This document shows, piece after piece, positions 27,539-37,916 of a DNA stretch of 64,000 nucleotides. How positions within the stretch are numbered: position 1 is the stretch's first letter; every line of letters starts with the position of its first letter. The stretch spans positions 1-64,000 of the forward strand of contig JBPGPT010000017.1 of the NCBI GenBank assembly GCA_051047955.1, given 5' to 3'. The position numbers and the translations under genes are program-made. This DNA is from Cystobasidiomycetes sp. EMM_F5. Taxonomy: Eukaryota. A model generated the notes under the pieces. It was not told where the DNA came from. It made no database searches and was given only the letters and a program-made list of their open reading frames with translations.

Positions 27539-27931
27539 CTACTTTCCGCAGCAGTGGCTGTGCGAGTCGCAAGTCAGATGCCTCGAGTTATTTGATGCAG
27601 CGGGAACAAGGAGCGCTCGACTCACATCCATCCTTGACGCTTCTCCTCGTCACGCTGGACCATCTCGACCTCGGAGCGCTTTCCTCCGCCCTTGCTGTAA
27701 AAGCATGAGTGCGTCAATGCGTTGCCCAGCGCGAGACTCGAGAGGAATCAACTTACATCCAGGCACCCTTAACGTTCAGAGCCTCACGCTCCTATAGACA
27801 GCCGGATAAGGATGTCAGTATGCACTGCTTCGCCTGTCTTGACCGCCGGATATGGCAAGACCCACCTCGACAACCGGAGCCGCGGCGACGGAAGCGATCA
27901 TAGCGAGAGCTGCGAGAATTGCGAACTTCAT
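27539..27931 (-). CDS. Small secreted prepropeptide (62 aa) with Kex2-type KR sites; putative peptide-signal precursor
   Basis: Exons 27931-27866, 27791-27757, 27694-27626, 27557-27539 with GTGGGT/GTAAGT/GTGAGT donors, YTGAC branch sites and YAG acceptors; protein MKFAILAALAMIASVAAAPVVEEREALNVKGAWIKGGGKRSEVEMVQRDEEKRQGWIHCCGK*. Confidence 0.88.
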
Positions 27932-29058
27932 GTTGGTAGGGTTTGTGGGTTGTGTTCGTGAGTATTCGTGTGTGGTTCGCAGCGACTGTGTGTGTGCAAG
28001 AGGAAGAAAGAGCGTCGTCCGCTCCGACTCGAGATGACGGGAATTCCTGGACCGACCTTACGCTCGGCGCTCCCACCTGCATTTCAGTGAGATGCCCTAT
28101 TCTTATCAATTCTGAGCGTGGAATTACCGCTCTTCCTGCCCAAAACCTGCCCGAAACCTCCCCTTGGCCCCTCTGCGCCACTACTGCCGATGCCCGAAAG
28201 TGTGTGCCGGAAATCGATGAACAATAAATTTACGATCACTACATCACTAGCGTGTCAACCTTGATGGAGAAGAATGGCGGACGCGACGGCGCACGTGAGC
28301 TGAGTGCTGACCAACGCGCGCTCGAGCCTGCCTCACAAATGTGCAGGCGCGTAAGAGGTGCATAACCGTGCATAACCACGAAGTGAATTCAATTCAACGC
28401 TTTTAAGCAATGCCGCTGGCTTTGCAAGCTTTGCCAACGAAGCCTAATCGTTGCTGCAGCTGGCGTCAGCCTTTCGCACAAGATTTATGGGGGCCATCAC
28501 TCGTGCAGCTTGTGTGAGGCGAGGGCTTGCAGATGCTGCACCTCGCCGAAACGGGAGCGGAACCTCACTCACGCACGGCATCGGACCTCTCGTCCTATGT
28601 GTTCGTAGCGAGTAGGGTTGCGAACCGAATCTGGCTGCATCCAGCTCGCGAAGATGCCATGGGCGCGTTTGCAGCATTGCCGGCAAGACCGCCCAGTATA
28701 AGGCGCTTGATAATCAGTACACCAGCAGCTCAAGTTGTTGAGATCCGACATCAGCACTATAACCGGTACTGCTCGTATCAATGTTTGTCAGCCAGCAGCT
28801 CGAGCGTAGCTCAACCGTCCTTCGGCCGTCAAGCTGGCAACACTTCTTCCATTATATCGCTCCAGAGCAAGACCATCAGTGACCAGGTCGTATGAAAGTC
28901 GCGTCAAAGTAATTCCGCAGCCTCCGGTTAGGAAATATCGACATTGCGCTTGTATTGCTACACACACACAGCCTATGGGCATGCAGCATCAGTCGTACAG
29001 CGGGGGAACGACCCATCGCCCAATTTCTTAACATAACAGGAAATACTGAATTCGCTTC

Positions 29059-32000
29059 TTAGGACCAAGATGTCGGGCCGAACCCTTCCGATGGAGCGTC
29101 TACAGGATCTTGTCAGCCTTGACTGCATGTTGCTAATCATAGCAGTGGCGATTCACCTAAATATGGCATTCCTAGCCAGTCGAACGTTTCTGTGAAAACT
29201 GCGTTGCCCCACCATTTTCTGCGTTTGTCGGGAAGCATCAGCTCGTGGACCATACGAGCTCTTGGTAGTGACATCGGCATACATGGAGATGCGACCGCTT
29301 TTCGGCAGCTGTAACGCAAAGAATATGAAGACCGTCGACAGGACTGTACCTGCATCTAGACCTGCTGAAGTGACGAAGTTGAATCTAGACCACCATCGGA
29401 AACGATGTCGTCTGAGATAGTACTCTGACGGATGGAAGAAGGAAAGCTTTAGTTGTCAAATTGCTGATCCGTATACGGACTTACGAAAAATTGCACCAGC
29501 AATGAACCAGCTCGAATAGTTGAGCCCCGTTGCCGGCGGAATGAACGTCACCCCGTTGATCAATACTGGAATATTGATATACCTCATCCAAGAGTTCGGC
29601 CACTTCTTGGATGCCAAGTAGAAAGGTATAGGGAGGAGCAGGCCAAGAAGAAGGAAGTACAGCAGAGCCCTGTAGGGGGTGTCGCCGCCAAAGAAACGCG
29701 CAGGTCCAATTACGCCCCATATGAGGGATGCCTGAAACTGCACGTTGGCAGGCGCGCAATTCATACGTGCCGGCTGATCAGGCGTGCATAGGTCTGCAAC
29801 GAAAACCTCCAAAGAGCGCTTGACCGCCACCTGAGCGAATGCCGATAAGAAGGTCGCCAGGATTTGGACTGATGCAGATTAGCCTGGGCGAATCGGGGAA
29901 GAGGTGGATTGGCAGCTCACCATGAAACGTAATCCGCGGCGGAATTTTCATGTAATGCCCCAATTTGAGGTCTTGAATGAAATACAGAGCGGATTGCAAG
30001 CACTGAATACTAAAGGTCTTGAAGATCATGTTGGGTATAGCTTGGTTGGGCAGCAGGTAGCCTGGAACGAGTTCTGCTAAAAGATTGACCGTTATCTATG
30101 AGATAGTGTCAGACGGAGCGTGATACATTGTATTGTCATCCAGTCCCCCTTACAAGCTGAGCTGTAATACTGTATACGTATCCGCCTGGCAACACGTAGA
30201 TGGCTGGGAGCAGAATGGCTAAGAGTAGTCCCCAAACCGGTAGACCCGTGTGGAAGACCTAGAGCAAAATAAGAACTTGCTTTCTATTGGTTAAATCGAA
30301 GTAGCTCACCTCAACGGCAACAACCGCTAAGCCGGTGAAAGTCAGAAAGACCAAAGCATACCACCAGTCCGGTACCTCAGGATAATTACGCATGAGCTTG
30401 GCATGCACGTCTTCCTCTTCAGATTTTGAACTTCTGAACTTCCCCCAGATCTCCTTCCCATGGTAGAGTATGGTGTGCACTACTGCCGAAGAGGACAAGC
30501 AGAACGAGAGCGCATAAACGACGGCGTAGGTAGTGGTGACAAATAGGGGCGAGTATGCTCTGAAGGCATCTTCGTCAATCTTGATGTCGGGAGTGATTAC
30601 TTGCGTTACGTTATATGGCATGCCATACCGGTCGAAATTGCCTTGCGAAGAGATGGGTAGGTATGCAAAGTTCCACGTCTAGTTGCGCACAGTCTCGCGA
30701 CGTGAGCATATACAGTCCGCCGCAGAAGAAGCGACTCACGTTGGTGTAGTAGAATATGGGGACAAGGACCCAGTATATGATTACAAAGCCAGCGGTAATA
30801 TTGACGATTGCAAACCATGGCACAAACAGTGGAGAAACCACGTACGCAATCTGCGTCCAATCAAAGCTTATGCCAGACATTCCAAGGCCGGTTGCTACGC
30901 CAAAGAGTTGGTTCACAACGCGGTTTCGAGGCCAGATCCAACACACAAAGGAAAAGAATGATAGTCCTTGGAAGATGAAGCCTGGCATAAAGTACCAAAG
31001 GAAGGCGCCCGAAGCAACGAAGAAAAACATCTTGAACCGCGTCACTCCGTTTAATGGGTCATCTTCCTCGGCGTGGAAGGTGTTGAACAGCGTACAAGTT
31101 ACCAAGTTTTGAGGCCAGATGAGCGATGCTGGCCAAACGAGGAACCGTCGGCAGATCCCCGCGAATGAGAATCCAATGAAAGAGGTGCTGATTGTCAACA
31201 GTGCGTCGAAGCCCATCCCTTTCGGGATGTTGTAGAATCGATCCAGCACGATTGTTGTGTTCAAAGCGAATGAGGGAGATATTGCTACATTTGCCATGAT
31301 GGTAATCACGGCATGCTCCTTGACATTGAATGGCCCAGGGTTGAGTGAGAACGTGCTGGGAAAGCCGATGCGTTGCAAAAACTTGGGATACTTGTAGTCC
31401 GTTGCAGGTAGAATTCTGTCCATAAGCTTGCCCGCAGGATAGGAGAGCACCTGAACGGTAATTGGGGTGAACATGGGACTTGGCTGTCTGACGAGGAAGA
31501 AGAAGTTGAAAGCAGACCCAGCGGCCGTGAAGAAGCACCCCAAAAATACTGCACGAAATGTTAGACAAGGCATCATTGGATCATCGTAGTTTGAAACCGA
31601 TGCAGCTACTTCTGGATATGGCGAGTCCTCCTCATCAAGCTGGAATGCGGAGAGAGTAAGCTTGTCATCGCCCATGCCGCCCATTTTGGCACCACCAAGG
31701 TCACCGAGCGAGTCGTGCGTGTGGCGATTGAGTGTGCTGTCAGCGCTGTATCCACTGGCAACGAAGCCGCTTTCCATAGTCGCAGGAGTAGATTCGATGA
31801 CGAAGTTTGACATCTCGTACGTATTCGATCGGACACCCTTTGTGTATCGCATATCCGTGAAGTACTTTTCGTCCTTTGGACTGCCGCTTCGTCCGTGCAT
31901 TGACTTCTCGGAAAAGTAGGCATGGTCCGAATGACCACCATCCCTGGCTATCGGAGGCGAGCGACGCTGCTTTCTTCTGGTTGACATCGTACGCAAGCTT

Positions 32001-32845
32001 GCATCCCCGTGCTGATCATCAGTGCAATACGATGGAGGCATGCCCTCGCTATCGTTGCGATTACGAGAGCGCGACATGGATCGCATGGAAATTGCGCGCA
32101 CACTGTCTTCCCCAGCCAGCTCTATAACGGGTGTGGACGTGCGGCGTGCTGAATAAGCGGAAATGGCAGACTGTGGATCACCAGAATGCATTGGCGATGA
32201 TGGATAGGCATATGCTAGCCTGCGCATATTGCGTCCGTCACTATCGGCAGCACCGCTGCTTCCGTCGGCATCTTGTTGTTGCTGGTACTGCCTGGCAATT
32301 CTTTGAGCCTCCGTTGTGGACGGAGGCGTCGTTGTGGAGTGAGTAGGACTATGCCGCTTATTTAGGACCTCGGAAGCTTGCTCTGATGGGGTATGAAGCG
32401 CCTGGCGGGCCGTTGGTAAGTGGTACTTGTACTTGATGGCATGATGATCTCCGCCGGTCGCATCGGGGAGGCCATTTACAGAAGGCTCCTTTGCTGTGGG
32501 ACTGCCTGTCTGTCCAGTTTGCGTCAAGGTCTGTGCAAGATTGGCGGTTTGCGGGCGTGTGAATTCGAAGAGATCGCTGTCGTCTTCGTCATCGTCGAAT
32601 TGGTCTTCACCGTCATCCTCGTTGATATCGCCAATGGTAAAATTGGCGTTGGCTGATTGTGAGGTTTGCCCTTGCTGCTGTCGTGGTTGCTCGTATACAT
32701 CAGGCACCGCACCTGGAGTACCTCGCTGCCATTGTGATGTGGACGAGGGTAAGGAGGCTGATACCTGACCGTCGCCTCCAGTGATACCAACGATGCTACT
32801 GCTCACGCTCTCGCCTTTCTTCTTCCGCCGAAACAAGTTGTGCAT
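29059..32845 (-). CDS. OPT-family oligopeptide transporter B, ~400-aa N-terminal tail
   Basis: EEDSPYPEVAASVSNYDDP, NPGPFNVKEH, WPASLIWPQNL, DLKLGHYMKIPPR; ends GFGPTSWS*. Confidence 0.96.
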
Positions 32846-33713
32846 GTTGCCAAAGGCGGACCTGACTGGATGAGACGGACTGTCAGAAACGGTACAGGCT
32901 GACAGACTGTGTAAGCGGAACGGCAGCTGCTTACGTCGGTATCAACAGGGCTTGCAGAGCTTGTTGACAGGAATGCACGCGGTGCTTGCTGGCAAACAGC
33001 GACACAAGGATGGCCGGTTCAGGCTTGCCGAGGGGTCACGAAGGAGTTGTGCGGAAGAGTTGTGAAAAAGGGTGTTGAGTCGTGTCCGGAAGTAGACGAG
33101 CCCGCCAGTCATACAGAGCCCTGTGCTGTCAATGCCTCGACTTGAACCCGCTTTGCTCGTTCAAACATCACGCAACAAGTCACACCACTCGGAACCCGCA
33201 ACGACAGTCCGTTGAATTTCAGTTAGCCGCTGCGAAGACTGGAGAAGGTTTAACAGTCGAACAGTGTCAAATGTCAGCTCTTCCGACATCGCTCCGGCTT
33301 TTCGCAGGTCTCTGTCTCCGAAAGCGCTCAGAAGGCGGTACGGAGCAGATCTTTCGGGCCCTTTTGCTGTGCGACGTTTTTGCGCGCTCCATTTCTCCAT
33401 GTCTGTCGCATGGGTTGAAAGCGTCACATCACGGTACATAGTCATGGCTGCACCAATCAGGGGCGCGGTCGCAGCCCCAAGCAAAGTCGCTGCAAACGTG
33501 TTAGCACTGGAGGCGAGGTGTCGTCAGCAAATAATGCAGACGTCTCTGATAATCGAGCGCGTTCCATTACAAACTCGAAAAGATAAAATACGGTGTGCCT
33601 TCTTTGCTCCGGATTACATAAGCAGGTAACCTGCCTGAAGGGGATATTAAGGCGACCCGCGACGAGCGGCGCGCCGACTGGACCTGTTGGTTCTACTGTC
33701 CAAGTTGGCCAAC

Positions 33714-34985
33714 ATGTCGGCAGCAAGCTCTGATGCTCCGCTGGAGCTCACGTATGCCTCCTATGGTTCGCTTGATATGTGCATCGATGTCTTTATACCC
33801 GAAGTCGCGACAGCGGAAAAGCCAGCACCTATCCTATTGTGGTTTGTGAGTAATCTCGTAAATGGATGCACGCGTCACCATCGCTAATGAGTATCTCTTG
33901 AAAGCATGGCGGAGGTCTTTTACAAGCAAGTCCTTGATGACGTCCTGAATTCGTGTGGACTACTTTGTTTACGTTGCTGTACGGCGAATAAAAGGGAACC
34001 CGCAAAGGTGTGCTCCTATCATTCATACCGGTCGCCCGTTCCTCTAACGATTATCGCATTTCAGGCGCTCCGCATCATTGCCATACTGCCGTAAAAAACG
34101 GACTGTGTTTGATATCGGCAGATTATAGGCTGGCTCCACAAGTCAAGCTGCCAGACATCATGCAGGATTGCGCCAATCTCATGACATACATTCGCTCTCA
34201 AGACTTCAGGCAACATACCAAAAGTCTGGTAGACAGCGACCGGATCTGCGTTTCTGGAGGATCTGCCGGAGGATGGTTAGCTCTTCTCGTAGGATTGGGC
34301 ATCGGGTTCAAGGAATGCGGCATCGAGCCGCCTTCACCATGCAAAAATCTCATCATTGCCAGTTTATACCCAATATCAGACCTGCAGGATCCGTGAGCCA
34401 GGACAGATACTTCATGCAATTTGCCGGCTACTGTGCTAATCTTATACATCATCGCTATCTTCAGCTTCTGGCACACGAAGCAGAGACCTGTCTCGTACAT
34501 GTCCCGCGTCGTGACAGACGAGGAGGTGGCAGAGCATTTGGATACACGCAAGCCGGCGTTGGCTTACAACACCCCATCGGACGGCCGCAACGTGTGCTAT
34601 CACTACATGGTACAAGAGTGAGCTTCCCGTGGTCTCGTTGCCTGTCTTGTTGGCTATGGCTGACGAATGTCTGTCTGTCTTGTTCAGAGCAATACTTACA
34701 AAGCTTCTCCTCGAGGGTATTGACATCCCGCCGACCGCATTTAGTGTAGCGCCAGCAATACGTGAGGGTCGGTACACCTCCTTACCGCCGACCTATATCA
34801 CGCACGGGACAGTCGACGACAAAGTTCCGATTCAGCAGGCAGACGATGTGGTGGAGGCACTTGAAGCAAGAAGCGACAAGGAGGTGCTGTATGAACGGAT
34901 TGATGGCGCAGATCATCTCTATGACCGGGATGAGAAGGTGGATATGCATATCATGTACGACTTTATTCGGCGTCATTTTGCATGA
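33714..34985 (+). CDS. Alpha/beta hydrolase (HSL-like esterase fold), multi-exon
   Basis: Spliced WFHGGGLLQG oxyanion motif, ADYRLAPQ, GGSAGG nucleophile elbow, HGTVDDKVP and GADHLYD catalytic Asp/His. Confidence 0.9.
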
Positions 34986-35142
34986 GCGTAATCGCGACAA
35001 GTTCAACAATCTGCGCTGAGCCCAATGAGTGCGCTAAGATCCGATTCTTGCAATTGGGTCAACAAACATACACGAGGAACAAGGTCACACTAACAAGTAC
35101 TGCCGAGCCAAATCAAGTCATAAGCGCCTTAAGCATTGCAGG

Positions 35143-35213
35143 ATGCTGCTGCTGCTGCTGCTGCTGCTACTGATGATGCTGATGGTGATGACGACGATGA
35201 CGAGGAGGAGGAG
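35143..35213. repeat. Compound trinucleotide microsatellite (GCT)n followed by GAT/GAC/GAG runs
   Basis: Directly visible: gctgctgctgct...gatgatgctgatggtgatgacgacgatgacgaggaggaggag. Confidence 0.85.
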
Positions 35214-35234
35214 CCGAAATTACGGGATAACCCG

Positions 35235-35828
35235 TCAATTATGTGAGCCCCTGCGACTCGGCAGTGAGCTAGCGGACGCAGTGCGGTATGCGTCACTGTT
35301 TGTGGAGCCTTCGAGCTGGCTGTCGACTGTATTCAGCATCTGTCTGACGTTATCACCCCAGTCGGAAGAACGCCGACTGGCAGCGGGCGAGGCTTCATTG
35401 CTTTGTAGTGGAGAGTAGAATGGTGTGTGGGCACTTCCAAATCTAGAAGCAGTGCCACTTCCCTGCGGGGAAGCCCTTGATTGAGCCTGCGGGCCAGCAG
35501 ATGCTCGTGATCCGACTGATGGTGTCCGAACTGTACTGGGCACGCGATCACCTTGCAGCGATCCGACAAATGATGTCCGAACTGTGCTGGGCACGCGATC
35601 ACCTTGCAGTGATCCCTCCGCCGCAGAACTGAGGCTGTGAGTGCGGCTTCTCGATCTGGATGTGCCTCTAGATAGTTGAGGTGTATCGGGAGCAGCCATC
35701 CTTTGCGGTCGTACAAACTGGTACGGCGCTGCGATGGGTTGCGGCTGGATGGCTCGCACAAGGCCTGGAGTCTGCACAGGGGGAAAGGGCCGAACTAGCT
35801 GGCCACGAACTGCTCTATTCTGCTGCAT
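35235..35828 (-). CDS. Hypothetical Ser/Arg/Pro-rich protein with internal 17-aa tandem repeat
   Basis: 197-aa ORF preceded by a TATAAA and pyrimidine-rich leader; in-frame 51-bp duplication. Confidence 0.5.
   Translation of the reverse strand: MQQNRAVRGQLVRPFPPVQTPGLVRAIQPQPIAAPYQFVRPQRMAAPDTPQLSRGTSRSRSRTHSLSSAAEGSLQGDRVPSTVRTSFVGSLQGDRVPSTVRTPSVGSRASAGPQAQSRASPQGSGTASRFGSAHTPFYSPLQSNEASPAASRRSSDWGDNVRQMLNTVDSQLEGSTNSDAYRTASASSLPSRRGSHN
35509..35615. repeat. 51-bp tandem direct repeat (2 copies plus a partial)
   Basis: gatccgac...tgtccgaactgt(a/g)ctgggcacgcgatcaccttgcag repeated; encodes GSLQGDRVPSTVRT(SF/PS)V on the minus strand. Confidence 0.9.
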
Positions 35829-35967
35829 CGCTGCGAAAGGGGCTCGGATGTGTCTGACGTTGACTGAAAGATAGTCCGTGATTTGCGGGAATTCGATGGG
35901 TGTTGGAGTAGAGGATGGAGTTGAAGAGGTTTAGTAAAGCAAGGAGGGCTATGATACAATGGCTTAC

Positions 35968-35973
35968 TTTATA
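35968..35973 (-). promoter_or_regulatory. Candidate TATA box for the 35235-35828 gene
   Basis: TATAAA on the minus strand ~140 nt upstream of the ATG, followed by a CT-rich tract. Confidence 0.4.
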
Positions 35974-36769
35974 GCAGGCGCAAAGCATCGCCTGGCCACG
36001 CATGTACCGCCCGTGAGCGGAGTCAAGCCGTCGGACGATGCGCATCGCCGCATCAGTCGGCTGATCCAATTCGCTCGCAAGGACTCCGAGTGCTGAGGTC
36101 CCATCGTTGTGGACACGGATATTTATGTCGCGGATTGGCGGAATGGACGGCAAATTCAAGCAGTGATATGCGCTGTTTGCCTCTCGTGGCGCACGGTGGA
36201 CGCGAAAGGAGGCTTATCAGCTGCATCAGCGATAGGCCCAGCTGTGCATCTCAGCACCATGAGCCCAGTCGACAGCTTTATCGCCAGTCCCATTGGACGC
36301 ATGGAATAGCGTAGCGCATGGAGCGCAAAGCTGGCAGGCTGACGATGTCGGTCTGCCCAATATCCTCAGGTGACACAGCAATATATATAGTCATGGTTAG
36401 AGAGAGACCATAGCGTGTCAGGCCATCGATGAGACAAACCGAATCGATGATACTTGTCGTGCATCAAGTCTGCAGAGTTCACAATGCCATTTTAGTTAGT
36501 CGTTGCTGTCTACAGTACATGGGTCATCAGCTTGTCAGCCTTTCCGTACGAAAGTCGTAGAGTGTCTCGTCATAAGCATCAGTGAGATATGTATGCGTAT
36601 CAGATGGAGTACTTGTTTCATTCGAGCATGCTGTCAGTCATGCCCAGTGTCTGCTAACGAGAGACATCATGCTTGGCTTTCACTGATCATATGCAACTCG
36701 CTTAAATCACAATGTAGAGAGCCTGCCCTACTTAAACGATAGATGCAACACCATCAGGCGCCAACAAGC

Positions 36770-37102
36770 TTAATAGCCCATCCAGCCGAACCAGGATTGT
36801 TTGTTAGGTTTCGGATAGAATAGCATACTGCTTGCATTTGGGACGAAGCGATCGTTCTGCGTCACGGCACGCGTTGAAGAGTGACTGTTCTGTGGTGGTG
36901 AGACAGGCGCGCCCGGACCTTCATTCTGCTGTTGACCATAATCTAGACGACGGCGCTGAGTTTTTGCTGTCCCATTGGCAGGCGTGCCAGGCAGTCTCGC
37001 CTGTGAGGGCATAATACTGCCATCATGCGTAGGAAGTATAGGACGCAAGAGACTATGGAATTGGGGAGAGGCATGTCGCCGAGCTGTATTCTTCAGGGAC
37101 AT
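36770..37102 (-). CDS. Hypothetical small basic disordered protein (110 aa)
   Basis: ORF MSLKNTARR...SWFGWMGY preceded by a CT/CA-rich leader like other genes here. Confidence 0.45.
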   Translation of the reverse strand: MSLKNTARRHASPQFHSLLRPILPTHDGSIMPSQARLPGTPANGTAKTQRRRLDYGQQQNEGPGAPVSPPQNSHSSTRAVTQNDRFVPNASSMLFYPKPNKQSWFGWMGY

Positions 37103-37916
37103 GGTCTTATAACGAGTGAATAGCTTCGGTAAGGATTTGTGGTTGTGTAGGAGGCGATGAGCGGAAACGAGGAGCGGTTGGTAAGAGAGCAGAGAGCCAT
37201 AGAGGTATGTGACACTTGGGTTGGCGCCCGCCTGGCCGGCCCGACGCCGTGCTCGCACAGCTGTAGGCGGGGCCGCAAGGATACCGAAAGGCAGCTGCCC
37301 GGACGTCCTTTGTCACTTCATTGCGTAAGCAGCCAGTGGTTCACTCAACAATGTCGCATTAGGTCGGTGGAAACCTGCACGCACGCCGCACCTAGACGCT
37401 TGTGTATCGTAGGGTGGGTTTCCTCGGATTTAGCTTTAGGATGCTCGCCAGGACCTCTCGTCAACGAGGCTGTCAAGTCGCGCCTGTATTGACAAGATGT
37501 CTCCTCTGAACATGGTATGCGCAGCGTGGGCTGATGAAGCTCTCTGACTACTTAGCGCTCAGTAGCCTGAAGCTGTCGCCATACAATGCTATTTGCGCAT
37601 CAACGTCGTCCGCACGACACAATGATCCTAAATTTGAAGACACTTGACGTTGATACGAATCATCTTAGGTCTCAGCATGTAACGGAGGAGTCAGTTGTCA
37701 CAGGATAGCTTGAGTGTTGAAGAAGATGTACAATGTCTGATCCTCAGGCACCAACGTTGCCACTCCGGCTGTTCCGGCTATCACAAATTCAGCTGGCTGA
37801 CTGGCAAGCCTTCGCTGCGACGCCAACCACTTCGCAAGTCCGCTTTCCACCCCTCATAACCCTTCGAAGCTACATTGAACGCCCAAGTGACAGCCTACCC
37901 TACCATACCAAGTACA

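Noticed and set aside
27539..27557. C-terminal CCGK as a CaaX lipopeptide mating pheromone
   Set aside because: The precursor has a classical signal peptide and KR sites. Basidiomycete CaaX pheromones lack signal peptides and end in C-aliphatic-aliphatic-X.
28227..29058. A second peptide precursor gene upstream of the first
   Set aside because: No signal-peptide ORF or coherent exon chain found by eye; probably promoter plus OPT-B 3'UTR
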